From Chloroflexi bacterium CSP1-4 (GTDB lineage: Bacteria > Chloroflexota > Limnocylindria > Limnocylindrales > CSP1-4), in NCBI GenBank assembly GCA_001443375.1, contig LDXM01000012.1:2089-66088 (forward strand): 64,000 nucleotides of DNA, given 5' to 3'. Each line of letters begins with the position of its first letter. Within the stretch, counting starts at the first letter, position 1. The notes below the pieces were generated by a model. The model worked only from the letters and a program-made list of their open reading frames with translations. It had not been told where the DNA came from and ran no database searches. Position numbers and translations under genes: made by a program. Below, in pieces: positions 56,223 through 64,000 of this stretch.

Positions 56223-56355
56223 TCGTCCACAGGCCGTCCACAGCCCCCGGTATGCATCGTCCGCCTTGGGGATACATCTGGTGGACAGGTCTCTTTCGGC
56301 GGGGCCGCACCCGGCCGCACCATTGAGGCGTCCCTGAACCCGCCCTGGAGTCGCC

Positions 56356-57714
56356 GTGTCCCTCGACCGCCTTCCGCCGCAGTCCATCGAGGCCGAGCAG
56401 TCGGTCCTCGGCGCCCTGCTCATCGACAAGGACGCCGTCATCGAGGTCGCCGAGTTCCTGCGCGCGGACGACTTCTACCGTGGCCACCACGGCACGATCT
56501 ACGCCGCGGTCCTCGACCTCTACGAGCGGCGCGAGCCGGTGGACCTCGTCACCGTGTCGGAGGTCCTGGAGCGGAACGGCCACCTCGACGCGGTGGGCGG
56601 CTCAGCCTACCTGACCAGCCTCATCAACCTCACGCCGACGGCCGTGAACGCCGTCCACTACGGACGGATCGTCGAGCGCAAGGCGGTGCTGCGCAACCTC
56701 ATCGCCGCCGCGGGGCGCATCGCCGGCATCGGCTACGAGGAGACCGCGGACGTCTCGGCGGCCGTGGACCGTGCCGAGCAGGAGCTGTTCGCGGTCAGCC
56801 AGAAGCGCATCGAGGCTGGCTTCAGCCCGCTCAAGGCCCTGCTCCACTCCGCCTATGACCGGCTGGACTACCTGCACCAGCACAAGGGCGAGATCAGCGG
56901 CGTCAAGACCGGCTTCAAGGATCTGGACACGCTCACGACCGGCCTCCAGCGGTCGGACCTCATCGTCCTCGCGGCGCGACCCTCGATCGGCAAGACGAGC
57001 CTCGCGCTCAACATCGCCGAGCACGCCGCCGTCCGCGAGGGCAAGACAGTGGGCATCTTTTCGCTCGAGATGAGCAAGGAGCAGCTGGTCCTGCGCCTGC
57101 TCAGCTCGGTGGCCAACATCGACTCGCAGCGGCTGCGCACCGGTTTCCTCGAGGAGATGGACTTCACGCGCCTCGCGCCTGCCATGAACAACCTGGCCGA
57201 GGCGCCCATCTACATCGACGACACCCCGAACATCAGCACCATGGAGCTGCGCACGAAGGCCCGGCGCCTGCAGGCGGAGGCCGGCCTGGACATGCTCGTG
57301 GTGGACTATCTCCAGCTCATGCAGTCGACCATCCAGTCGCGCGACGCCAACCGCGTGCAGGAGGTCTCGGAGATCACGCGCGGCCTGAAGAGCCTCGCCC
57401 GGGAGCTGCAGGTGCCGGTCGTGGCGCTCTCGCAGCTCTCGCGCCAGGCGGAGATGCGCGAGTCGAAGGAGCCGCGCCTCTCGGACCTGCGCGAGTCGGG
57501 CTCGATCGAGCAGGACGCCGATCTGGTCATCTTCCTGTGGCGCGAGAAGGATCACGGGACGGAGGAAGCCGACGCCGACGGCGAGGTCGTCAAGCTCAGG
57601 CTGGCCAAGCACCGCAACGGGCCCACGGGCGAGCTGGCGCTCTGGTTCAAGAAGCGCCAGACCCGCTTCATCAGCTACGCGGACTCGGAGCGCTTCGCCG
57701 AGGAATACGCCTAG
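56356..57714 (+). CDS. dnaB: replicative DNA helicase
   Basis: 452-aa protein with the N-terminal domain EAEQSVLGALL, the Walker A motif ARPSIGKTSLALNIA and the RecA-like motifs. There is no intein. Confidence 0.9.
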   Translation: MSLDRLPPQSIEAEQSVLGALLIDKDAVIEVAEFLRADDFYRGHHGTIYAAVLDLYERREPVDLVTVSEVLERNGHLDAVGGSAYLTSLINLTPTAVNAVHYGRIVERKAVLRNLIAAAGRIAGIGYEETADVSAAVDRAEQELFAVSQKRIEAGFSPLKALLHSAYDRLDYLHQHKGEISGVKTGFKDLDTLTTGLQRSDLIVLAARPSIGKTSLALNIAEHAAVREGKTVGIFSLEMSKEQLVLRLLSSVANIDSQRLRTGFLEEMDFTRLAPAMNNLAEAPIYIDDTPNISTMELRTKARRLQAEAGLDMLVVDYLQLMQSTIQSRDANRVQEVSEITRGLKSLARELQVPVVALSQLSRQAEMRESKEPRLSDLRESGSIEQDADLVIFLWREKDHGTEEADADGEVVKLRLAKHRNGPTGELALWFKKRQTRFISYADSERFAEEYA

Positions 57715-58616
57715 CTCTGCTCGTCGGGCAGCAGCGGCCGCAGCGAGATCGTGTACGGCGCGCGGTCCGGCCCGAAGACGCCGACCGCGAACAGGCCGCC
57801 CTGCGGCGCGTCGGAGAGCGCCATCGCCTGGTCGGGGGTCAGGACGGCGACCCGGACGCCGAACTCGCCCTGGGCCACGAAGTCGTCCAGCGTCAGGTCT
57901 CTCCACGGCCAGTCGAGGCCCTCGCCGATCTGGGCACCCTCGTTGAGGATGGCCCGATACGCTGTCGGCTCGTAGAGGCCGGCATCGGTGGCGTTGCCGC
58001 GCCTGACCTGGGTCCGGAAGTCCGCCAGCAGCTCGTAGAGGCGGGCCATCTTCGCCAGCTGGGGCGCGTCCGGGTCGGTCGGGTCGTCGGCGATGCCGAG
58101 GGCCTGGACGCTGACCGTCTTCGCCACCGCATCCGTGACGATGGTGAAGACCGTGTCCGGCGCGTCCATGACGCGGTTGTTGAGGTACTGCTCGCGTGCG
58201 GCCTCCAGGCCGCCCGCGCTGAGCGCAAAGGCGAGCAGCGCATCGACCTGCTCCGCGTTCATCTTCGCGACCCCGAGCGGCGGCGGTCCGGCCGCCAGCC
58301 CGGCGTTCGGATCTGCGGGCAGCTCGTAGATGGCCGTGCCGTCGCCGTAGAGGCTGAACTGCGGCGTCCGAGTGACGAGGAAGGTGGGGGGCACGAACCC
58401 GCCGGCCTGCTCGACCCGCAGGATCAGGGTGTGCGGGTCGGTCGAATGGCCGATGGCCTGTGAGGCTGCCGGCGTCGCGCTTGCGCCGGGGCTGGGCGAG
58501 CCGCTCGGACCCGGAGTCCCGCTTCCGCCGGAAGTGCACCCGGCCAGGGCGATCACCAGGAGGAGGGGCAGGGCGAGATGGGCAGTGCGGGCAGAGCCCC
58601 GCGGTCGGGTCAGCAT
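57711..58616 (-). CDS. hypothetical lipoprotein
   Basis: Start at Met-187 of the track ORF (58616): MLTRPRGSARTAHLALPLLLVIALAGCTSGG (lipobox), followed by a Ser/Pro/Gly linker. The upstream 186 codons of ORF 57711..59174 overlap the divergent zinc-ribbon gene and look non-native. Confidence 0.6.
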   Translation of the reverse strand: MLTRPRGSARTAHLALPLLLVIALAGCTSGGSGTPGPSGSPSPGASATPAASQAIGHSTDPHTLILRVEQAGGFVPPTFLVTRTPQFSLYGDGTAIYELPADPNAGLAAGPPPLGVAKMNAEQVDALLAFALSAGGLEAAREQYLNNRVMDAPDTVFTIVTDAVAKTVSVQALGIADDPTDPDAPQLAKMARLYELLADFRTQVRRGNATDAGLYEPTAYRAILNEGAQIGEGLDWPWRDLTLDDFVAQGEFGVRVAVLTPDQAMALSDAPQGGLFAVGVFGPDRAPYTISLRPLLPDEQS

Positions 58617-58713
58617 GGAGCGCAGGACGGCAGGCCGCGCAGTCCGGTTCCCGTCACGCTCGACATACTTCGACATCCGCGGCGAATAGTGCCACCCAGG
58701 GGCGCGAATCGTA

Positions 58714-58742
58714 TTGCACGGCACTTCGCGGCACGGTATGGT
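58714..58742 (+). promoter_or_regulatory. sigma-A-like promoter TTGCAC-17-TATGGT upstream of the zinc-ribbon gene
   Basis: Read directly in the lower-GC 190-bp divergent intergenic region. Confidence 0.4.
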
Positions 58743-58808
58743 CGCCCGGTCCAACACGGCCCGGGCGGCAGGGAGGGGCCGCGCCACCTTGAGGGAGTGG
58801 GAGCAGGG

Positions 58809-59111
58809 GTGTACACGGATCGGACGCTGGCCTGCCGCGATTGCGGCGACGCCTTCGTGTTCTCGGCCGGGGAGCAGGCCTTCTTCGCCAGCAAGGGGCT
58901 CGTCAACGACCCGCAGCGCTGTCCCAGCTGCCGGGCCATGGCGAAGCAGGCTCGCATCAGTGGCGGCGGGCCGCGCGAGTACCACGCGGCCATCTGCGCC
59001 CGGTGCAGCGGCCAGGCCATGGTGCCCTTCGCGCCGCGCAACGATCGGCCTGTCTACTGCAGCACCTGTTTCGACGTCGTGCGCATGGGAGCAGCCGGCG
59101 CCACCGTCTGA
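58809..59111 (+). CDS. zinc-ribbon protein with four CxxC motifs
   Basis: GTG start with a GGGAG RBS. Translation is VYTDRTLACRDCGDAF...QRCPSCRA...ICARCSGQ...YCSTCF. Confidence 0.65.
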   Translation: MYTDRTLACRDCGDAFVFSAGEQAFFASKGLVNDPQRCPSCRAMAKQARISGGGPREYHAAICARCSGQAMVPFAPRNDRPVYCSTCFDVVRMGAAGATV

Positions 59112-59139
59112 AGCGAAGCTCCCCGGGGAGGCTCGCACC

Positions 59140-59343
59140 ATGGGCGTCATCATCATCCGCGAGATGGTCGGCACGAGCCCGCGCTCGTGGAGCGATGCGG
59201 CCCGTCAGGCCGTGGCCACCGCCGCGAAGACCGTCCGCAACATCCGCAGTGTCGAGGTCGTGAAGTCCTCGGCGGAGGTACGCGACGGCGAGATCGTCGA
59301 GTACCGCGTCGACCTGAAGATCGCCTTCGAGTACGAGGAGTAG
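59140..59343 (+). CDS. dodecin-family flavin-binding protein
   Basis: 67-aa MGVIIIREMVGTSPRSWSDAARQAVATAAKTVRNIRSVEVVKSSAEVRDGEIVEYRVDLKIAFEYEE, which resembles dodecins (IEVVGTSP...). A GGGGAGG RBS is present. Confidence 0.8.
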   Translation: MGVIIIREMVGTSPRSWSDAARQAVATAAKTVRNIRSVEVVKSSAEVRDGEIVEYRVDLKIAFEYEE

Positions 59344-59776
59344 GTCCGACTCACAGCCGGCGCCCATGCGTCGGTTGCTCACGAGGCGTTCAACCGGACG
59401 AAGGCGCGGCCGCGTGCCGGGGCTGGAGGGCACCACCGCGGGGTTCCTTCGCCGTCCTGCACGCCGCGTGTTCAACATGGCGGAGGAACCTCGAGGTCTG
59501 GCCGCGCGGTGACGGGCCGTTCGCCGGTTTGAACGCGGCCTGCACACGGACCTTCTCGAAGGTCCGATGATCGCGCTGCGGGCCGCAGCGGCTGCTCCTG
59601 CCCGTGGACCAGCAGGGCATCGACTACTTCGACCTCGGGCCCCTCATGCCCGGCCGATACGTGGTGGCGGTCGGCAGCCTGGCGCAGACCTCGGGTCCAG
59701 CGCCACCGGCGTCTCCGGCCTACGCCTGGGCGTCATCCATCGCCGCCCTGATCGTCATGGCCGGCGCCGGGTCGCC

Positions 59777-60385
59777 CTAGATCTGATCCCGCCCCAGACG
59801 CGCCCGCAGGTGCGCCTTCACGTCCGGCCACTCGTCGTCGGTGATGCTGTACCAGGCGGAGTCGCGGCGCTCCCCGCCGCGCACGAGCATGTGCTTGCGG
59901 AAGACGACCTCGAACGTCGCCCCGATGCCCAGGAGTGCGGCCCGTGAGGCTTCGTTCTGCGCATCGGTCTTGAACTCGACCCGCCGGCAGCCGAGCGCCT
60001 CGAAGGCGTGCGTGAGCATGAGCAGCTTCGCCTCCGTGTTCACCGCGCTGTGCTGCCAGGCCGGCGCGATCCACGTCCAGCCGATCTCCAGGCGGGCGTG
60101 CTCGAGGGCGATGGCCAGGTAGCGCGTGCTGCCCACCACCAGGCCGGAGGCGCGCTCCACCGTCACGAACGGGAACTCCGTGCCGGCATCCCGGGCCCGC
60201 AGGGCCGCGTCGACCAGGCCCCGCAGGTCGTCGGGCGTGCGGACCACGAAGGGCATCCACGTCCAGATGGCGGGCTCAAGGCCGACCGTCACGAGACCCG
60301 GCAAGTGCTCGAGCGTCATCGGCTCGAGCCGTACGTGGTCACCCTCGAGCACGATGGGCTCGACGCGGCTGGGGCCCTGGGTCAT
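59777..60385 (-). CDS. GNAT-family N-acetyltransferase
   Basis: 202-aa protein with ...IGWTWIAPAWQHSAVNTEAKLLMLTHAFEALGCRRVEFKTDAQNEASRAALLGIGATFE. Confidence 0.8.
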   Translation of the reverse strand: MTQGPSRVEPIVLEGDHVRLEPMTLEHLPGLVTVGLEPAIWTWMPFVVRTPDDLRGLVDAALRARDAGTEFPFVTVERASGLVVGSTRYLAIALEHARLEIGWTWIAPAWQHSAVNTEAKLLMLTHAFEALGCRRVEFKTDAQNEASRAALLGIGATFEVVFRKHMLVRGGERRDSAWYSITDDEWPDVKAHLRARLGRDQI

Positions 60386-60429
60386 CGGCGGAGTCTACGG
60401 GCTGCGGCGATCCGAGTGCTCGCCCGAGC

Positions 60430-61128
60430 CTATGCTGTCGACCCCTCGGCGCCGCCGCCTGTCGCCCGGTCATAGACGACGACCCGCCAGAAGAACGTCG
60501 CCCGTTCCGACCTCGGCCGGAGACCCTCGGCGGCGACGAGCTGATCGATCCGCGAGTTCGTGTGGGCGTACGCGCGGTAGGCCCGGCGCCGGATCTGCGA
60601 CCCGAGGTTCAAGATCCGGATGGCCACCCGGACGAGCCACCGATCGCGGGGCAGGACGAGTCCGTGCACCCTCCGCGCCCGAGCGGCGGACGATCCGACC
60701 AGGGCGTCCGCGTCGGGGTAGCAGCAGACCACGCGGTCGAGCGTGACGATGTCTGCAGCGTCGATCTCCGTGGCCCGCCGGACGAAGTCACCGTGCACGA
60801 ACTCGATCCGCTCGAGCAGGTTCGCCTGGCGCGCCTCCTGCCGCGCGACGTCGAGGTAGGCCGCCGACGCGTCGACGAGGACGGCGTGGCCGGCACCTGC
60901 CCGGAGAAGCTCGCTGTCGATGACCCCGATCCCGCCGCCGACGTCGAGGACGGTCGAGCCCCCGACGCGGTACGGCCGGATCATGTCGAGGAGCATGCGG
61001 GTCGTTCGATCCGGGCCTTTCCGGCGGTAGCGATCGCGGTCGTGTTCGGCGGTCGAAGATCGAGGCGAAGTCGTCGCAGCCTCAGGCATCCATGACCGGA
61101 AGCCTACACGCGTGGCCGCCTGCTCCAC
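60430..61128 (-). CDS. class I SAM-dependent methyltransferase
   Basis: VLDVGGGIGVIDSELL (motif I) ...ADIVTLDRVVCCYPD. Confidence 0.75.
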   Translation of the reverse strand: MEQAATRVGFRSWMPEAATTSPRSSTAEHDRDRYRRKGPDRTTRMLLDMIRPYRVGGSTVLDVGGGIGVIDSELLRAGAGHAVLVDASAAYLDVARQEARQANLLERIEFVHGDFVRRATEIDAADIVTLDRVVCCYPDADALVGSSAARARRVHGLVLPRDRWLVRVAIRILNLGSQIRRRAYRAYAHTNSRIDQLVAAEGLRPRSERATFFWRVVVYDRATGGGAEGSTA

Positions 61129-61182
61129 GGGGGCCGTCGCGCAGCTAAGCGGCGGTGAAGTCCCAGTCGCGACACTCGCGTC

Positions 61183-64000
61183 ATGTTCGATCGTCCGCCC
61201 ACCTACCGCCTGCCCGACGACGCCTCGCCCTCGGGGCGCGCAACTGCCCTCTCCGCCCCGCCTCGTGCGCCACGCGTTGACCAGTCGGCTGAACCGTCCC
61301 TATCCTTCGCCTCACGTCCGGCGGATGTGGCGTTCGCGCCTCTGACTCGGGACGCGACGATCGTGCGCCCGGACGAGCCGATCCCCGTCGGCCCGGGTCG
61401 CCCGCAGCCCGCCTACCTCTTCGAGGACGTGGACCCGCCCGCCGACTTCGAACCGATCTCCCGCGCGAAGATCACCCCGGCGCCGGTGCGCCCGGAGACG
61501 CTCCACCGCGGGCGCCTGCTGGACTGGCTGTCTCGTCACGTCCGCCGGCGCCTGTCGTTCGTCGTGGCCGATGCCGGCTACGGCAAGACGACCCTGCTGG
61601 CCGACTTCACCCAGCGGGGCAACGTGCGCTGCCTCTGGTTCAAGCTCGACCACACCGATGGCGACTGGGTCACCTTCATCAACTACCTCATCGCCGCCTA
61701 CCGCGAGGCCGTCCCCGACTTCGGGCGCGTGACGCTGCCGCTCCTCGCCAATATCGCGGCCGCCAACCCGACGCGCGAGGTGGTGCTGGGCACCTTCATG
61801 AGCGAGCTGGGGCGGCTGACCGAGGAGCCGATGCTGCTCATCCTGGACGACTACCACCTCGTGGACGAGTCGTCGGACGTGCAGCTGATCATGAGCCGGC
61901 TCCTGCGCGATGCGCCGCCGACCCTGAGCTACGTACTCCTGACGCGCCGGAAGCCGGAGCTGCCCATCGGCCGGCTCAGCGCGATGGGCGAGGTCTCCGA
62001 GCTCGAGACGGGGGACCTGCGTTTCACCCGCGAGGAGACCGGCCGGCTCTTCGCCGAGGGTTACGGCCAGCCGCTCGAGGACGACGTCCTCGACGAGGTC
62101 GAGCGGCGCACGGAGGGTTGGGCGGCCAGCCTCCAGTTGCTGCGTTCGACCCTCCGCGGGCGGTCCAACGTGGAGGTTCGGGCGTTCGTCCGGCAGCTGT
62201 CCGGCGCGACCGAGCCCGTCTACGACTTCCTGGCGCAGGAGGTGCTGCGCGAAGCGACGCCGGGGATGAGGCGATTCCTCGTCGGGACATCGTTGCTCGA
62301 GCGCATCGTGCCACCTCACACCGTCGCGCTCTTCGCGGCCGATGAGCCACCGCCCTCGGAGGAGGCGCTGCGCGAGCGGATCACCGAGGCATATGACGTC
62401 GGCCTCCTTGGCCGGCGCGGCGAGTCGAGTCACGGTTTCCGCTACCACCCGCTGCTGCGCGAGTTCCTCCTGCGCCAGCTGACGCAGGAGGCCTCGCCGG
62501 ATGAGATCCGCGAGATGCACCTGCGGGTCGCCCTCGCCGCCGAACGCGACGCCTGGCTCACCTCGTGCCGCCACTACATCGCCGCCGGTGCGCTCGCCGA
62601 CGCCGCTCGCGTCCTCGTGCGCTCCGTGCTCGTCGCCCTCGGCACCGGGTCCTGGGGCGCCGCCGCCGAGATCGTCGCCCAGCTCGAGGGCCACACCACC
62701 GAGCCCGACATCGAGGTCATCCTGGCCCTCCAGGAGATCGAGGAAGGCCGCCTCCCCGAAGCCCTCGACCGCCTCGAGGCCATCGACCTCGACACCGTCG
62801 GCCCCACCACCCGCGCCCTCGTGCGCCATGGGCTGTACCGGGCGAATTGGTGGGCGCGCAACCCCGAAGATGCCTCCGAGATGCTGCGCGAGCTCAGATC
62901 CGATCCGGAAACTCCCCCTGTCCTCCGAGACGTTGCGGAGTCGCACCTACTTCTCTTTGGTGACGACACCGTTTCGCTCGAGGGGGCATACCGCGTCTTG
63001 GCTCGGGCCGCCGCTTCGCAAGCGGCCGCTGAGCTGCACTTCTTCGCCGGGATCACTTATCACAACGCAGCAGCCGTGGCCCGGGCTCGGGCCGACTACC
63101 GCGAGGCCATCAGTTGCGGGAACTCAGCGCTCATGCACCTTGGAGAGGCCGGATCGGCGCCGCTAGGCATCCATGCGACGCAGGCGATTCTAGCGTCGTG
63201 CTACGCAGAGCTGGGCTATCGGCAGGAGGCCGGCGAGTCAGCGGCCCTCGCCTTAGGCAAGGGCGCCACCGACGCGGACGCTTTCGCTGAGCTGGCCTAC
63301 TACCTCGCCGCGATCGGCGACGTCGGTGCCGCCGAAGACGCGTGTCGCCGAGCAGCGGAACTGATCAGGCTCGGTCCAACCGAACAGCTACAGCAAACGA
63401 ACCTCGCGTTGGCCGTCTCGAGGACGGCGCTATCGGCGGGGCTGCCGACGCGGGTTGAAGCCCACCTGGGCGCCGGCACCCCACAGCCGACCGGTATCGC
63501 CGCGAAGACGGTGGCGTTCTACCTGAGATCGACGGCGGCCATGGCCATGGACGAGCACGAGGTCGCGGCAGCCCTGGCATTCGAAGGGCTGCGACTCTCC
63601 CGTGCGGAGGGCTCGCGACACTGGGAGGCACGACTGGCGCTCGTCCTTGCTGCAGCCAAGTTCGACACACGAGAGCTTCTGTCCGCAGTGCATGACGCGA
63701 GTCGAGTTGGGCAACTGGTCCTCGTTGAGAACGCTGATGCGATTGCGGGAGTGTTGCAGCTGCTCAGTCCGGTTCCGGATGACTTAGTAGCGTCTGTCTC
63801 CACCTACGGCGCTGCGTGGCTCCCAGCACTGAGACGACGCATGGATCACGGGTTCTCGCCAGCTGGTCTAGCTTGCGCCCGCCTACTCGATCAGTACGGA
63901 GCTCGCGAAGACGTCTCCCGTCTGCGTGCCTACGAGCGCACGTACCTGAAGGGGACCCGGGCGGTCGGGCTTGGTCGAGCACTGGCTCGGCGGACCGCTC
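61183..64000 (+). CDS. MalT/LuxR-like STAND/AAA ATPase (N-terminal P-loop NTPase followed by long helical TPR-like repeats); partial, continues past the window end
   Basis: The gene is not in the ORF track because it has no in-window stop. Manual translation of frame +1 from the ATG at 61183 gives MFDRPPTYRLPDD...RPETLHRGRLLDWLSRHVRRRLSFVVADAGYGKTTLLADF (Walker A) ...MLLILDDYHLVD (Walker B) ...TEGWAASLQLL..., with high GC3 throughout. The first ~95 codons are Pro-rich, and alternative GTG starts at 61327 and 61363 are possible. It is antisense to the junk track ORF 61312..62946. Confidence 0.7.
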   Translation, partial: MFDRPPTYRLPDDASPSGRATALSAPPRAPRVDQSAEPSLSFASRPADVAFAPLTRDATIVRPDEPIPVGPGRPQPAYLFEDVDPPADFEPISRAKITPAPVRPETLHRGRLLDWLSRHVRRRLSFVVADAGYGKTTLLADFTQRGNVRCLWFKLDHTDGDWVTFINYLIAAYREAVPDFGRVTLPLLANIAAANPTREVVLGTFMSELGRLTEEPMLLILDDYHLVDESSDVQLIMSRLLRDAPPTLSYVLLTRRKPELPIGRLSAMGEVSELETGDLRFTREETGRLFAEGYGQPLEDDVLDEVERRTEGWAASLQLLRSTLRGRSNVEVRAFVRQLSGATEPVYDFLAQEVLREATPGMRRFLVGTSLLERIVPPHTVALFAADEPPPSEEALRERITEAYDVGLLGRRGESSHGFRYHPLLREFLLRQLTQEASPDEIREMHLRVALAAERDAWLTSCRHYIAAGALADAARVLVRSVLVALGTGSWGAAAEIVAQLEGHTTEPDIEVILALQEIEEGRLPEALDRLEAIDLDTVGPTTRALVRHGLYRANWWARNPEDASEMLRELRSDPETPPVLRDVAESHLLLFGDDTVSLEGAYRVLARAAASQAAAELHFFAGITYHNAAAVARARADYREAISCGNSALMHLGEAGSAPLGIHATQAILASCYAELGYRQEAGESAALALGKGATDADAFAELAYYLAAIGDVGAAEDACRRAAELIRLGPTEQLQQTNLALAVSRTALSAGLPTRVEAHLGAGTPQPTGIAAKTVAFYLRSTAAMAMDEHEVAAALAFEGLRLSRAEGSRHWEARLALVLAAAKFDTRELLSAVHDASRVGQLVLVENADAIAGVLQLLSPVPDDLVASVSTYGAAWLPALRRRMDHGFSPAGLACARLLDQYGAREDVSRLRAYERTYLKGTRAVGLGRALARRTA

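Noticed and set aside
50491-58539. ORFs 49959..51254(+), 51176..52462(+), 52140..52793(+ extension), 52350..54281(-, 643 aa), 53897..54601(+ extension), 54497..55264(-), 55192..55890(-), 55911..56441(-), 56602..58539(-, 645 aa), 57537..58463(+)
   Set aside because: They are antisense or out-of-frame to fchA, lexA, rplI, dinB, dnaB and the lipoprotein gene.
61312-63982. Minus ORF 61312..62946 (544 aa) and other ORFs 62501..63166, 62574..63056, 63365..63803
   Set aside because: They are antisense to the unlisted + strand MalT-like ATPase gene, which has Walker A/B motifs and high GC3. The minus translation is Arg/Gly/Glu-rich with no motifs.

Overview
This is a 64-kb, very high-GC (~72%) chromosomal segment, probably from an Actinobacteria or Chloroflexi-like organism. 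It is densely coding: about 60 CDS, one tRNA, no rRNA, no CRISPR, and no transposase or integrase. Left to right the window contains the following. (1) A partial pcm, a Pro/Ser-rich repeat membrane protein, and a DUF5317-like/MFS transporter fusion. (2) A roughly 10-kb non-PTS sugar or aminosugar catabolic island. On the minus strand it has a LacD-like class I aldolase and two PfkB kinases. These are divergently transcribed from a GH4 glycosidase, an ABC sugar importer, a GntR/HutC regulator, an AgaS-like SIS isomerase and an amidohydrolase. A perfect 14-bp palindrome and a shared 15-mer sit in its two promoter regions. (3) A DUF3052 gene coupled to a 1182-aa zinc-ribbon/adenylate-cyclase/AAA/TPR protein, a DUF255 thioredoxin-fold protein, and an RHH-RelE/ParE toxin-antitoxin pair. 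(4) An S8 peptidase with C-terminal GNSWSGGTWN repeats, a membrane GAF-GGDEF-EAL protein, AlaX, a blue-copper lipoprotein, and a 1110-aa LAL/LuxR regulator divergent from an orphan DNA N4/N6 methyltransferase. (5) A NERD-domain membrane protein, an SPFH protein, a MOT1-like transporter, RidA, a tRNA whose anticodon reads UAU, a class V aminotransferase with rhodanese, and an ATP-dependent DNA ligase. (6) Two structured intergenic regions around a small Mo-oxidoreductase gene, one of them an element of about 185 nt bounded by inverted repeats. (7) iscA, then the fhs-folD-fchA one-carbon module, then lexA with a Cheo-type SOS box, rplI, dinB, a 93-aa gene with its own SOS box and promoter, DnaA-box-like repeats, and dnaB. 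(8) A lipoprotein, a four-CxxC zinc-ribbon protein, dodecin, two GNAT and one SAM methyltransferase genes, and a MalT-like STAND ATPase that runs off the window end. Start codons in seven places form GTGA stop-start overlaps. Many long antisense 'shadow' ORFs in the six-frame track were rejected. No canonical defence system, prophage or CRISPR was found. The most novel candidates are the SOS-controlled small gene after dinB, the IR-bounded intergenic element, the UAU tRNA, and the operator-marked aminosugar island.
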